From the sequence record SRR22947725_1063: a stretch of DNA of 38,768 nucleotides; one strand, written 5' to 3'. Below the pieces are notes generated by a model, which was given only the letters and a program-made list of their open reading frames with translations, made no database searches and had not been told where the DNA came from. A program made the position numbers and the translations under genes. Position 1 is the first letter of the stretch. Each line of letters opens with the position of its first letter. Positions 8,455-18,631 of the stretch are shown in pieces.

Positions 8455-10197
8455 TTATTTTAAATACTCAACCTCGGTGAAATATGCACCACCGATTTGT
8501 TCGTTATCTGTGTAGAGAAAAGTCTCTAGGGTTGTTTCCCCGGTCCTTAACGAAAGTTCAAATTGAACACCGTTAACACCAGGGGGAATTGGTCTGGACA
8601 TTTCCTTCCCTGCAATTCGAATTTTTGCCCGAACGGCTCGGAGAGGTTTTTTTGCCACTTCGGGGAATTGACGCAGCGTAAAACGATATTTCCCGGTCTG
8701 TTTAACCTTCACATGCCACGGTCCGGTAATTTTTTTGTACTGATTGATTTCGCTAAAATTCCAAGGCGGGTTCCCGATTTCCAATCTCCAGTCTTGGGAG
8801 CACAAGAGCGTGGGGTTTTCGATAGGATTGCCAAGATCCAGGCAAACTGGGGTCATTCGAAAAGAGACTGATTTCCAAAATTTTTCATACAATCCACGAA
8901 GCCTTGCCACCACTTGAGGATGCTTATTCGCAATATCTTGGCGCTGCATTAGATCATTTGAAACATCATAAAGTTTTTCACCTTCCAGTAATCTCCAATC
9001 GCCCTCTAATACGCAGGACATAAACCAAGGGCTTTCTTTTTTCACAAATCGAGCACCGCCATGCATTTGAATGACTAAGTGTTCGCGGTGTGGTTTTGTT
9101 AGAGGATCGCCAAGATAGTTTGCAAACGATTTCCCATCCAGTTTCTGTTTAGTCTCAATCTTCAATCCACAAAGTTCTGCCAAAGTGGGTAAAACATCGA
9201 GGTGAGCGGTCAGGTTTTTCCGGTCTTGCCCACCCATTAAACCACCGTCTGGCCAGTGAATAAAAAAGGGGACTCGGTGCCCACCTTCAAACATAGTCGA
9301 TTTTTGTCCGCGCATTCCAGCATTGAAACCCCGGTACCCTTTCAAATCTCCGCCAGGGCCCCCATTTCCTTTAGCTGTCCCGTTATCAGTTGTGAATATG
9401 AAAATCGTGTTCTTCGCGATATCGAGTTCATCCAGTTGTTTCCTTAGCAGTCCGATATTATGATCTAGGTTTGCGATCATACCGTAAAATTCAGCCCCAA
9501 ATTTCCAAGTTACCTTTTTGCGATAAGGTGCCGACCATTTTTCAGGTACCCGGTAGGGGGAGTGGGGGGCATTGGTAGCCAAGTATAGAAAGAATGGATC
9601 CTTTTGGTTTTTTTCAATGAATGTCATCGATTCCTTAAACCAAACATCCGTGGCATATCCTTTGAATCTCTCTTGTTTTCCATTACGTTCGTAAGTGTCA
9701 TCGAATTGGTTATTGCCCCAAAAATCAGGTGCCTGTCCGATACCGCCGCCTTTGTGCCAAAGCACATCCTGGAATCCACGGTCTTGGGGGCGGCAGGGAG
9801 CGTTGTCACCGAGATGCCACTTCGCAATCAATCCAGTTTTGTACCCTGCATCTGTAAAGTAGTTCGCCATGGTTATTTCATCATGGTGTAAATTACTGCG
9901 CCCACTGCTTGTTCTGTAGGCACCGGTACGGGCAGGATAACGTCCCGTCATTAATGCCGCGCGGGTGGGCGTACAAAATGGACTTACATGATAATTTGTC
10001 AGGCGAATTGAATTGGCATGTAATCGATCCAAGTTTGGCGTTTTGAGAATTGGATTGCCATGGCAACTTAAGTCGCCGTAACCTTGGTCATCAGTCATGA
10101 TCAGAATGACATTCGGTTGTTCGCCAAAAGAGAGAGCAGGAATGTAAAAAGACAAATGAACTAAAAATGCCTTGAGGAATAATTTAATTTTTATCAT
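8455..10197 (-). CDS. Secreted arylsulfatase with a C-terminal beta-rich extension
   Basis: Motifs PNVILIMTDDQGYGD, CTPTRAALMTGRY, KWHLG and RGQKSTMFEGGHRVPF. Confidence 0.93.
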   Translation of the reverse strand: MIKIKLFLKAFLVHLSFYIPALSFGEQPNVILIMTDDQGYGDLSCHGNPILKTPNLDRLHANSIRLTNYHVSPFCTPTRAALMTGRYPARTGAYRTSSGRSNLHHDEITMANYFTDAGYKTGLIAKWHLGDNAPCRPQDRGFQDVLWHKGGGIGQAPDFWGNNQFDDTYERNGKQERFKGYATDVWFKESMTFIEKNQKDPFFLYLATNAPHSPYRVPEKWSAPYRKKVTWKFGAEFYGMIANLDHNIGLLRKQLDELDIAKNTIFIFTTDNGTAKGNGGPGGDLKGYRGFNAGMRGQKSTMFEGGHRVPFFIHWPDGGLMGGQDRKNLTAHLDVLPTLAELCGLKIETKQKLDGKSFANYLGDPLTKPHREHLVIQMHGGARFVKKESPWFMSCVLEGDWRLLEGEKLYDVSNDLMQRQDIANKHPQVVARLRGLYEKFWKSVSFRMTPVCLDLGNPIENPTLLCSQDWRLEIGNPPWNFSEINQYKKITGPWHVKVKQTGKYRFTLRQFPEVAKKPLRAVRAKIRIAGKEMSRPIPPGVNGVQFELSLRTGETTLETFLYTDNEQIGGAYFTEVEYLK

Positions 10198-10475
10198 TTT
10201 GGGGAGATTAAACTAGGGCTCAGTGAAAAAATCAAAATCTTATTTTAGACTATATTGGATTCTAACTGGATAATCCGCTTTGACGAATCGAAACCACCAA
10301 CCCGTGGAAGACTATCGGTTCGGAGAAATAATAATTGAGGACTCATATAATAGGGGAATAGGCCTACCAGTACTGTGTTTAATTTCATTTGCATCTAACT
10401 ACACTCACGCAATCGTGCTGGAATTTATGGAGGAAGGAAAACTTTCCTTTGATACCTGAAAAAAGACAAGAAGAT

Positions 10476-11513
10476 TTATGGAATATCAGATAGATAAAGT
10501 CTTTGGTATGCTGTACTAAAGCTTATTTTCATTCGCCCATTTTGAGTAGAGCAAAAACGGGCGACCATATCCAACTCCTCCGCTTTTTCCATACCTTCTT
10601 TTGGCCCCAGTATCATTAGTGCAGTCGCCCATGCATCCGCATCCCTTGCAGAAGGAGCAAACGCATTAACTGCAATCAGGTCGTGATCCACTGGTCGGCC
10701 TGTTCGTGGATCCATTAAGTGCGAAGCACTCTGGTTAGAATCGGGATAAGGCTTATTGAGTTGATAAGTTCCGGATGTAGCCACTGAATAGTTTCTAAGG
10801 TTTACAGGTTTCAGGGAATCTTTACCTGTCCCTCCATTTTCTAGGCCGACGACCCAACCCTTCCCGTTTCTACCTTTACCATGGGCTCGGACTTCTCCTC
10901 CAATCTCAACTAGGAAATTATTAAAATTCCAGCCTTGGAGCAGGGTACAAATTTGATCAATGATTTCGCCCTTGGCTGATCCGGAAAAATCAAGTTGCAG
11001 GGTGGGTAGTTTTTTTCGGACTAACCCTTTGTGTAAAAGTTCAACTTTGTTCATTCCGGTTAATGATAATGCCCCGCTAATTTGCTTGTCAGTCGGAATG
11101 GTGGATCTTGTTTTTCCAACCGGTCCGAATCCCCATAAGTTTACAACTGGGGCGATGGTGGGATCGAAGGTTCCGCCACTTTGTTTATGTATCCATTTGG
11201 AATGCTTTAAAAGAGCAAGCAATTGTGGATGAATGGATATGGGCGTTGTGGTCAAGGCACCATTAAATTGATAAAGCTCAGAATCCGGTCGCCAGTGAGA
11301 AAAGATTTTATCGCAACCTTCGAGTTTTTGGCTGATATCAGTTCTTAAGTCCTCAATTCTGAAATGGGTAGTGGTAAGTACTTTGACAGACCATGTGGTA
11401 CCCAGTGCTTTCCCTTTAAGTTCAGTGATTGATGGGCTATCCGAGACCGTGTTTTCCGAACATCCGCAAAGGCAAAGGATAATGGTAAGAAATACTGGAA
11501 TGTGCAGATTCAA
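10476..11513 (-). CDS. apbE: FAD:protein FMN transferase (ApbE), lipoprotein
   Basis: Lipobox LCGC; motifs GKALGTTWSV, SELYQFN, GTFDPTI..LWGFG, LDFSGSAKG, VEIGGE, ATSG, HLMDPRTG and ADAWATAL. Confidence 0.95.
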   Translation of the reverse strand: MNLHIPVFLTIILCLCGCSENTVSDSPSITELKGKALGTTWSVKVLTTTHFRIEDLRTDISQKLEGCDKIFSHWRPDSELYQFNGALTTTPISIHPQLLALLKHSKWIHKQSGGTFDPTIAPVVNLWGFGPVGKTRSTIPTDKQISGALSLTGMNKVELLHKGLVRKKLPTLQLDFSGSAKGEIIDQICTLLQGWNFNNFLVEIGGEVRAHGKGRNGKGWVVGLENGGTGKDSLKPVNLRNYSVATSGTYQLNKPYPDSNQSASHLMDPRTGRPVDHDLIAVNAFAPSARDADAWATALMILGPKEGMEKAEELDMVARFCSTQNGRMKISFSTAYQRLYLSDIP

Positions 11514-13186
11514 ATGAATAAATATAGAAGAATCGAGAGAACAAGAAGGGCAAAGCTAAAGTAATCTCTCCGGCTCCATCCCTGATCGTTTTTTCCAAAT
11601 TCAAAGAGTTTAAGCATGGCCCCTGTTGGGCAGCCATAGCGGCAGTAGGCCATTGGGACGAAGGCGGATGCAACTAAGCTAAGCAAGGCAATGGCAATTG
11701 TGATTCCACCGGCAACTTCCCAGACATAGGCATCAAAGGGTTCAAGGATGGCCACTTCACGAGCGGAAGCAGTAAAAGCGAAAATAACGACAAGTCCAAG
11801 TAATCCTACGGGCAAAAATTTGAGAATACTATCCAATTTCTTGGGGAGGCGAACCGGGTTTTTTCTGAATTTTCTCATCCATTGCTGGGCTGCCCCGTGT
11901 GGACATAGCTGATGGCAATAAAAAGCCTTACCGGTAGTCATGGGTACGAGCAATGCGGCCAAAGTGAGCAGGGCAAGAATCGGGGCGCGTTCCCATGGCA
12001 CACCGCTTTGGGCCCACCCTGCAAAAAGGGCCTGGGAGAGAATGTCTCCATTTACCAATCCAAGATAGCAAACCAGTAGGACTTGAAGGGATACGCGAAA
12101 AAATTTCGTTTTTCCCCGCTTGTTAAAAGCCACAAAACCAGCAAGCAGAATAACGGCAAGCGATCCATAATCCCTGGCCTTCCAGTTGATAAATGATTTT
12201 TTGGCCTCTTGGTTCAGCAATTTTTCCTGCTCCCAAATCGTGGCGGTTTTAACAATGCCCTCGGCCATGGCCATACTGGTCATGGTGGCTCCGGATACCC
12301 CTTCGACTTCTTCCTCGGTCAGGTTCATGTCTGCAAGTTGAGAAATGGACCGGCCAGTAAACAGCGAGGCGAAGTAGGCGTCGTCATTGGGGTAGTCCGC
12401 ATAGGGTTCGTTTTCAAAGCTCGATCGTATTTTCATCCCTGTGAGTGAACCATTGGTATCAAAAACTAATAGAGAATCCACCGGTCCCTGATACCCAATG
12501 ATCTGGTCAGCATGGGGTGAGCTTCTTCCGGTCTGCCCCAACTTGGTACCATTGATATCCAAAATTTCTAGGAGGGAAGGGTGGGTGACAGAGGGAATCA
12601 ATTGAGATGCCGCGGGAATGTGTTCTTGTATCTCTTCGATTTGAATCGAATTCGGAAATCGGCTTGCCTGTTTTTCCCCACCAAAGCGAAGGGAGATTGC
12701 GTCCACAATTGCTAAGCTGGTTAGGGTGGCCCCGGATACAGCTTCTATTTTATTGGATTGAGCGAGTTCCTTCCGTGTCATCCCAGTGAATTGCTCAAAA
12801 AAAGCAGGCTCTTCAATAATCGCATCCACATGATCAACCGTGTCCCCACTCGAACGAATAGAGACAGAAGACACCTTTTGATCCTGATCCCAGATAACCA
12901 TTACATTCGTAGGGCCGGAGAATCCGATTGCCGAATCTCCTTCGGGAGAGGTTTGGGTCACCATTCCCAGAAGGTTTTCATTTTGATCAAGTGCCTGAAG
13001 TGTAGATGGATTATCCGTCTCGGGACCAAGAGAGAATGCCAAGGGCAGGATTTCCTTCACTTCGGTAAGTGGTATCGGTTGGCCCTTCTCCTTTAGGTCG
13101 GCCAGGAAATCCTGATGGGATTGATGAATCAACCCCACGATGATAACGAGACAAATAAACCGGCAAAAATGGCGTATTCGTCTCAC
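11510..13186 (-). CDS. Membrane electron-transfer protein: two extracytoplasmic FMN-binding domains plus a NosR/NapH-type membrane ferredoxin domain
   Basis: Two flavinylation motifs, EAVSGATLTS and EGVSGATMTS, each preceded by a G[FY]xGP motif. C-terminal TM helices carry FYCHQLCPHGA and YCRYGCPTGA (CxxxCP). The stop overlaps the apbE start (ATGA). Confidence 0.88.
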   Translation of the reverse strand: MRRIRHFCRFICLVIIVGLIHQSHQDFLADLKEKGQPIPLTEVKEILPLAFSLGPETDNPSTLQALDQNENLLGMVTQTSPEGDSAIGFSGPTNVMVIWDQDQKVSSVSIRSSGDTVDHVDAIIEEPAFFEQFTGMTRKELAQSNKIEAVSGATLTSLAIVDAISLRFGGEKQASRFPNSIQIEEIQEHIPAASQLIPSVTHPSLLEILDINGTKLGQTGRSSPHADQIIGYQGPVDSLLVFDTNGSLTGMKIRSSFENEPYADYPNDDAYFASLFTGRSISQLADMNLTEEEVEGVSGATMTSMAMAEGIVKTATIWEQEKLLNQEAKKSFINWKARDYGSLAVILLAGFVAFNKRGKTKFFRVSLQVLLVCYLGLVNGDILSQALFAGWAQSGVPWERAPILALLTLAALLVPMTTGKAFYCHQLCPHGAAQQWMRKFRKNPVRLPKKLDSILKFLPVGLLGLVVIFAFTASAREVAILEPFDAYVWEVAGGITIAIALLSLVASAFVPMAYCRYGCPTGAMLKLFEFGKNDQGWSRRDYFSFALLVLSILLYLFI

Positions 13187-13208
13187 CTATGCCAGACTTG
13201 CAATTGCT

Positions 13209-15470
13209 TTAATCAACCGGAACAAGTTGAGCGGCGTCCACATGAACATTTCCCTGAGCTCCTTTCGCAATCAGACTGACCAATACCTTTTGTCCTTTTC
13301 TAAGGGTGATTTTCCCCACCGAATGAAATCCGTTTTCAAAACTTGGTTTTTGGGTCATGTTTACAATGGAGTTCATCTTGATGGTTTTATCCCCCGTGGT
13401 TACATCAATTGAAACGGATTTTCCCCGATTGGGGTGGGGTTGATAGGCAATTCGAGTATCAAACTGTCCAGCTTTGGGAGCTTCCAAAGTAAAGGTCGCA
13501 ATACTCTCAGGATCGCTTGAGTACTGATAGCCGAATGAAAAATAAGGCTTAAGTCCCTGTCCCTTCATCCATTTTCCTTCAAACACAGCTTGGCTGTCAT
13601 CGACTACTCCGGTGAACTTCTTCGGGTCCAGCCCGTTGGGTGCCCCGTATCGTCCGGCAAGTTGCATCGCATCATCTGGAATGATAATCTTATCATTTAC
13701 GGTTGGACGAAACGCCTTTCCGGGAAGGTTGATCAGTTCAATCAGATCATCGAGATGAGATTCATAAACATCGCGAGGCAGGCAATCCTTCTGGATACAA
13801 ATGGATGCTGCACGTCCGACCACTTCCCCCATCATTCCGCAGGTTTTCATTACCCGTACCGTACCGAGTGCCTCGTGAGTCACGCTGATACAACGTCCTG
13901 CCATAAACAGGTTTTCAATGTTTCGGGAATAGAAGCAACGGTAGGGAACGGGATAGCCGTAACTTCGGTCAACTCCTTTGCCATGTACCGCGTAGGAAAT
14001 AAATGGATTGTCCGGAAACTTTTTGGCATATTGTTTCTTGGGGTAGTGGAGGTCGATACTCCAGGTGCTGGGCACGCATCCGTCAGGGAATGCCCGCTTG
14101 GTAACGATATCCTCCTCTGTGAGTAAGACATCTCCTAGAAGACGGCGAGATTCGCGGGGACCGCCGACATAGGCAACCCAAGTAAGCTTGGAGTTTTTGT
14201 GCTCTTTCGCACCGTCGCGGTTTTTCATCGCATTGAATGCCCCGAAAACAGCCCGCAGGTTCCAGTCACGAATAGCTTCTGCATCTCCCAGTGGATCTTT
14301 GTCATATCCGCTTTCCCAAAACCATTCTCCATGAAATCTCCGAGGGTAGGGGAAATCCGCCATATTTAAATCCAGGGCCCAGGGAGTCTTGGGATAAGTT
14401 ACTTCTTTTTCATCGTTTGCCCAAACCCACATATTACTCATGCCCATTCTTTCCTTGGGTGTCATTGTATTGTCGGCACCGGCGAGAAAGCCAATCGTTC
14501 CATGCCCGGTTGCGTCCACGAACAGAGGTCCTGAAAAACGGGTTACTTGTCCATTTTTAACATTAAAGGCATGGACGGCTGATATTTTCTCTCCGGATTT
14601 TTTAACCTGAAAAGCATGATGGTAAAGGTGCAGATCGATATTTTTTTCGGCCCGTACAATCATTTCCTTTTTGGCGTCCTCGAATTCCTCATAAGTACCC
14701 GGAGACTTTTTGGCATGATCACAAATTTCCTCGATGATTTCTCCAATTCGTGGATATTTTCCCCGGCGAATATTTCCTTTTGCCCATACGCGTACCTCAC
14801 TCGATCCGTTGCCTCCGAGCACTCCGCGATCTTGTATTAGGGCGACTTTGCATCCCATGCGGGCCCCTGAGATCGCCGCACCCAAACCGGAATAGCCACC
14901 GCCTACTACGATCAAATCATATTTTTTATCGATCGGTTTTTCGGTGATTCCCAGAAGATCGCGACGCCAGTTGGCGAGGATTTGAGAGTCATTGGGTGGA
15001 ACTTCTTTGTACGAGGTCAGGTAGATCGCATCGCATCGTCCGTTAAATCCAGTCAGGTCTCTTAGGGCCAAAGTGTTTTTCCCTTTTTTAAGAGAAATCT
15101 GTCCTCCACCTTGCCAATCCCACTCGGCTCCCTTTGTACCGAAAGTGGTTTTTACCGGGATACCATTGATAATGATCTGAAAGCGACCGGGTTGTCCCTT
15201 CGCTCCCCAACGGGCGACCCAGTCCTTGGTGCGGGCAAATAATTGATAGCTTCCACCTTCTTTCATCTCAATGGTAGTGGTCGCATCTTGAACGGGTGTT
15301 CCCAGACCATGAGCCAAAAGATAGGGGGAACCCATTTCGCGGATGAATTGAGTGTCGAGTTTCCATCCTCCATGATCTGAAAAAGACTCCGTTTCAACGA
15401 GGATTCTTTCTGCCTGCAAAAACCAGACTGGCGTAAATAGAAGAAGAGTGGTGAGGAGGAATCTATTCAT
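13209..15470 (-). CDS. Secreted FAD-dependent oxidoreductase flanked by carbohydrate-binding-like beta domains (C-terminal golvesin/Xly-CBD-like)
   Basis: Start placed at MNRFLLTT (15470), which gives a signal peptide and avoids overlap. Motifs YDLIVVGGGYSG, LGGNGSSE, FVDATGHG, RESRRLLGD, VPYRCFYSRNIENLFMAGRCISVTHEALGTVRVM; C-terminal VVDDSQAVFEGKW..ATF..AYQPHPNR. Confidence 0.88.
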   Translation of the reverse strand: MNRFLLTTLLLFTPVWFLQAERILVETESFSDHGGWKLDTQFIREMGSPYLLAHGLGTPVQDATTTIEMKEGGSYQLFARTKDWVARWGAKGQPGRFQIIINGIPVKTTFGTKGAEWDWQGGGQISLKKGKNTLALRDLTGFNGRCDAIYLTSYKEVPPNDSQILANWRRDLLGITEKPIDKKYDLIVVGGGYSGLGAAISGARMGCKVALIQDRGVLGGNGSSEVRVWAKGNIRRGKYPRIGEIIEEICDHAKKSPGTYEEFEDAKKEMIVRAEKNIDLHLYHHAFQVKKSGEKISAVHAFNVKNGQVTRFSGPLFVDATGHGTIGFLAGADNTMTPKERMGMSNMWVWANDEKEVTYPKTPWALDLNMADFPYPRRFHGEWFWESGYDKDPLGDAEAIRDWNLRAVFGAFNAMKNRDGAKEHKNSKLTWVAYVGGPRESRRLLGDVLLTEEDIVTKRAFPDGCVPSTWSIDLHYPKKQYAKKFPDNPFISYAVHGKGVDRSYGYPVPYRCFYSRNIENLFMAGRCISVTHEALGTVRVMKTCGMMGEVVGRAASICIQKDCLPRDVYESHLDDLIELINLPGKAFRPTVNDKIIIPDDAMQLAGRYGAPNGLDPKKFTGVVDDSQAVFEGKWMKGQGLKPYFSFGYQYSSDPESIATFTLEAPKAGQFDTRIAYQPHPNRGKSVSIDVTTGDKTIKMNSIVNMTQKPSFENGFHSVGKITLRKGQKVLVSLIAKGAQGNVHVDAAQLVPVD

Positions 15471-15522
15471 TTTATTTAGTTGGAGTTTCATTAAAAGGGT
15501 ACACTCCAAGAGGAGGAGGAAT

Positions 15523-17073
15523 TTAACGGCTTCTTCCATCGTCGAGAAATTTTTGTAACTCGGATTTCATTCTTTCGAATACTTTTGGGTTTTTCTCCGC
15601 TAGGTTATTCTTTTCCGCAGGGTCCTTGGAAAGATCAAAAAGTGCGTATTGAGGAACCGGTTGACCGCGCTGACTGCTTAGCAATTTATTGACCTGAAAA
15701 TTCTGAGTTTTTTTGGAGTCATGCCTTTGAAGTTTCCATTTTCCTGCACGGTAACCATAGTTGTTTCCTCTACCATTATCCTGTTGGATCAGGTGAGGGC
15801 GACCTTTAGCTCCTTTTTTCCCAAGCATAGCATCCATAACATCGAGACTATCGAGGCAGGCATCTTCGGGTAATTTGACTCCAAGATGATTGGCAAGACT
15901 ACCTGCAAAATCAATGGTGCAGACCACTTCATCAGACACTCCTGGTTTAATGGTTCCAGGCCAATATGCTATGAAGGGTGTGCGTGTGCCTCCTTCAAAT
16001 ATACTGTACTTCCCTCCTGAGTAGGGACCTGCTGCCTTATGATCCCCCATTTTTTCAAGAGCCTCATCCGCGTAGCCATCATCGCCCACAGGTCCATTAT
16101 CTGAACAGAATACGATCATGGTGTTTTTTTCCAGTCCCTCTTTTTTTAGATACTTCACGATTTCTCCCACACACCAGTCGAGTTGTACGATCACATCGCC
16201 ACGGTAGCTCATCGCAGATGTGCCACGAAATCGCTCATGGGGAATTCTCGGTACATGAAGATCATGGGAAGCAAAGAAGAGAAAGAATGGATCCTTCTTA
16301 TTTTTTCCAATCCATTCTTTTGATTTTTCGACCCATTTGTCGGCCAGATCTTCATCCCTGAAACGGGCAGCATGCCCACCGGTATAGAACCCGATACGGC
16401 TGATGCCATTGTGAATGGTGTGGTTGTGTCCATGAGTCCAATCCATTTTCAAAGTGTCCCGATGGGTTACTCCTGTTGGGTGATCATCGCTTGGTTTCTT
16501 CATGCCTACCCAGAGAGGATCTTTGGGGTCAAGATTGAGGACCCGGTGGTTTTCAACATAGACCTGAGGAACCCGGTCATTGGTTGTGGGGAGTAGAAAA
16601 TTATAATCAAATCCAATTTCACGAGGACCTGGTTTAAGTTGTTCGTTCCATTGGGGGCCCACACCAGGACTTCCCAGCCCAAGGTGCCACTTGCCAACCA
16701 CTGCAGTTTTATAGCCCGCCTGCTTAAGCATATCGGGTAGGGTATAGGCGTCTTCCGGGATGATGAGAGGAGAACTGGGTGGTGCAATCCCCGTATTCTT
16801 TCCACGAAAGGCATAGGTCCCGGTAAGAAAGGAATAACGGGTGGGTGTACAGGTTGAAGCTGAACAGTATCCGCTGGTGAATTTAAGTCCTTCCTTGGCG
16901 AGTTTGTCGATGTGCGGGGTTTTTAAGTTTTTTGGTTTTGCCCCGTAGCACCCAAGGTCTCCGTATCCAAGGTCATCAGCCATGATGACGATTACATTTG
17001 GTTTTTTTGCAACTGCAGTGAGTGCGAGAAGCACTGTGATAGAGACAAATATAGAAGAAGTAATTTTTTTCAT
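15523..17073 (-). CDS. Secreted arylsulfatase
   Basis: Motifs KPNVIVIMADDLGYGD, CTPTRYSFLTG, GKWHLG, SDNGP and GGKYSIFEGGTRTPF. Confidence 0.94.
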   Translation of the reverse strand: MKKITSSIFVSITVLLALTAVAKKPNVIVIMADDLGYGDLGCYGAKPKNLKTPHIDKLAKEGLKFTSGYCSASTCTPTRYSFLTGTYAFRGKNTGIAPPSSPLIIPEDAYTLPDMLKQAGYKTAVVGKWHLGLGSPGVGPQWNEQLKPGPREIGFDYNFLLPTTNDRVPQVYVENHRVLNLDPKDPLWVGMKKPSDDHPTGVTHRDTLKMDWTHGHNHTIHNGISRIGFYTGGHAARFRDEDLADKWVEKSKEWIGKNKKDPFFLFFASHDLHVPRIPHERFRGTSAMSYRGDVIVQLDWCVGEIVKYLKKEGLEKNTMIVFCSDNGPVGDDGYADEALEKMGDHKAAGPYSGGKYSIFEGGTRTPFIAYWPGTIKPGVSDEVVCTIDFAGSLANHLGVKLPEDACLDSLDVMDAMLGKKGAKGRPHLIQQDNGRGNNYGYRAGKWKLQRHDSKKTQNFQVNKLLSSQRGQPVPQYALFDLSKDPAEKNNLAEKNPKVFERMKSELQKFLDDGRSR

Positions 17074-17259
17074 TTGGATATGCAGTAGTTACTACAAATT
17101 AATTAACTAGGAATTTATTGTAGGGGTTGCTTTTGTTTTTATGGATAATTACCATAAATTTCGCTTTAATTTTGGTCAAGAAGTCACTTGCTTTTGATGA
17201 AAAAAGATATGCTGGGCATTCTTTTTTTTCCAAAGGCTTGCAACTGCTGAAATAATTTC

Positions 17260-18600
17260 TTGTTATTAATCATTTCCATGGCATTTGCTTTGATTCCATT
17301 TTTCATCTCCCTGGCTCTTCTCTTTTGGTGGCGATCGCTCGTCCTTTTCAAACGGACAGTTGAGGATGTTCCGACTTCCAAGGTAAAAGGGGTGTTTTTC
17401 GGGTTAAATGAGGTTAAAGGTTTCGTCAAGTCGGATGCCCCGTTGCAAACTTACCTTACCGAAGAGCCGACTGTATGGTATGAATGGAGTATTTCGGAGC
17501 ATTGGAAGAAAACCGAAAGCTACAGGGATAAAGATGGGAATCGAAAGACCCGAACAAAAAGCGGTTGGCGAAAGGTTGATTCAGGAGGGAGTTTTCAATC
17601 GTTTTTTCTAAAAGATGATACGGGTGAGCTGCTCATCGAACCGGAAGGTGCAAAGGTTGATGCTCCTTCCACTATTTCCCTAAGTTGTAGTCCGAACGAT
17701 CCACTTTACTATGGAAAAGGACCAAGTGGATCGATTGCAAATTCAACTCATCGGAGAAGGTTTTCAGAGCATTCGCTTACTCCCAATGATAATCTTTACA
17801 TTCTTGGTCCGGCCAAACTCAGGGAAGAGGTCGCTCAGCCGATGATTACCCAAAGCAAGGATGCCCGGTATTATTTCATTTCGACCAAGTCCGAGTCCCA
17901 GATTATCCGATCGAAGAATGTTTGGTCTTTTATTATAATTCTCTTTTCCTTCGTAGCCGCTTTAGTTGTTCCCGTAGTCGTGATTTCGGTGGAGACTGGA
18001 GTAGAGCCCCAAGAAGCCATGCTTGAGAACCCTGGTTGGATCTTTGTGTCGGGTCTGATCTTTCTTGCAGTTGCTAGTCTTTTTTACCTCACGATATTGT
18101 ATAATGGTTTGATCCGGGTGCGTAATCGTCTCATCCATGCTATGGGTCTAATTGAAATTCAATTGAAGCGTCGTCACGATTTGATTCCCAGATTGTTAAA
18201 ATGTGTAAAGGGAATCGCGGAATACGAATCTGAAGTGCAGGAGCTAGTTGCTTCCTTTCGTTCATCGGGTTCGAATGGAACGAGTCGTGATACAGCCGAT
18301 TTGGGCGAGGGAATTAATCAAGGGGCAGGTTTGGTTGGCGGCTTGTTTGTTTTGTCTGAAAATTACCCTAATTTGAGTGCGGATCAAAACTATGGTTCAT
18401 TTATGAAGGAATTGCTCGACACCGAAGACCGGATTGCCTTGGCCCGTGAATTTTATAATGATAGCCTACTTGCAATTCAGGACCGTTTGCTTACCTTTCC
18501 AGATGTTTTGGTTGCCAAATGGTTTCGCTTTCGAGCAGGGAAAAACCTTAGTCTTCTTCCTGATCCAGAGATGGCACAGGCTCCGAAAGTTTCTATTTGA
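17260..18600 (+). CDS. GIDE-domain / LemA fusion membrane protein
   Basis: N-terminal TM helix, then EDVPTSKV..GLNEVKG, FFLKDDTGELLIEPEGA and RRFSE..L..LYILG (GIDE-like), two TM helices, then LemA motifs YNGLIRVRN..IEIQLKRRHDLIP..ENYPNLSADQNY..TEDRIALAREFYN..FP. The start could be ATG 17278. Confidence 0.85.
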   Translation: MLLIISMAFALIPFFISLALLFWWRSLVLFKRTVEDVPTSKVKGVFFGLNEVKGFVKSDAPLQTYLTEEPTVWYEWSISEHWKKTESYRDKDGNRKTRTKSGWRKVDSGGSFQSFFLKDDTGELLIEPEGAKVDAPSTISLSCSPNDPLYYGKGPSGSIANSTHRRRFSEHSLTPNDNLYILGPAKLREEVAQPMITQSKDARYYFISTKSESQIIRSKNVWSFIIILFSFVAALVVPVVVISVETGVEPQEAMLENPGWIFVSGLIFLAVASLFYLTILYNGLIRVRNRLIHAMGLIEIQLKRRHDLIPRLLKCVKGIAEYESEVQELVASFRSSGSNGTSRDTADLGEGINQGAGLVGGLFVLSENYPNLSADQNYGSFMKELLDTEDRIALAREFYNDSLLAIQDRLLTFPDVLVAKWFRFRAGKNLSLLPDPEMAQAPKVSI

Positions 18601-18631
18601 ACTGACAAACTTACTAATCTCGCGAAGAACC

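Noticed and set aside
10341-10395. Purine-riboswitch-like start ACTCATATAATAGGGGAATAGGCCTA in the 278-nt intergenic region
   Set aside because: The conserved GTTTCTAC junction, the P3 stem and the closing P1 strand are absent. It is also on the strand opposite both flanking genes, with no purine gene downstream.
11510-13186. Calling this gene nosR or rnfG
   Set aside because: There is no nos or rnf context, and the architecture differs (two FMN domains, no C-terminal dicluster ferredoxin).
15471-15539. N-terminal extension of the FAD oxidoreductase shown in the ORF track
   Set aside because: It overlaps the upstream sulfatase stop; the ATG at 15470 gives a clean signal peptide.
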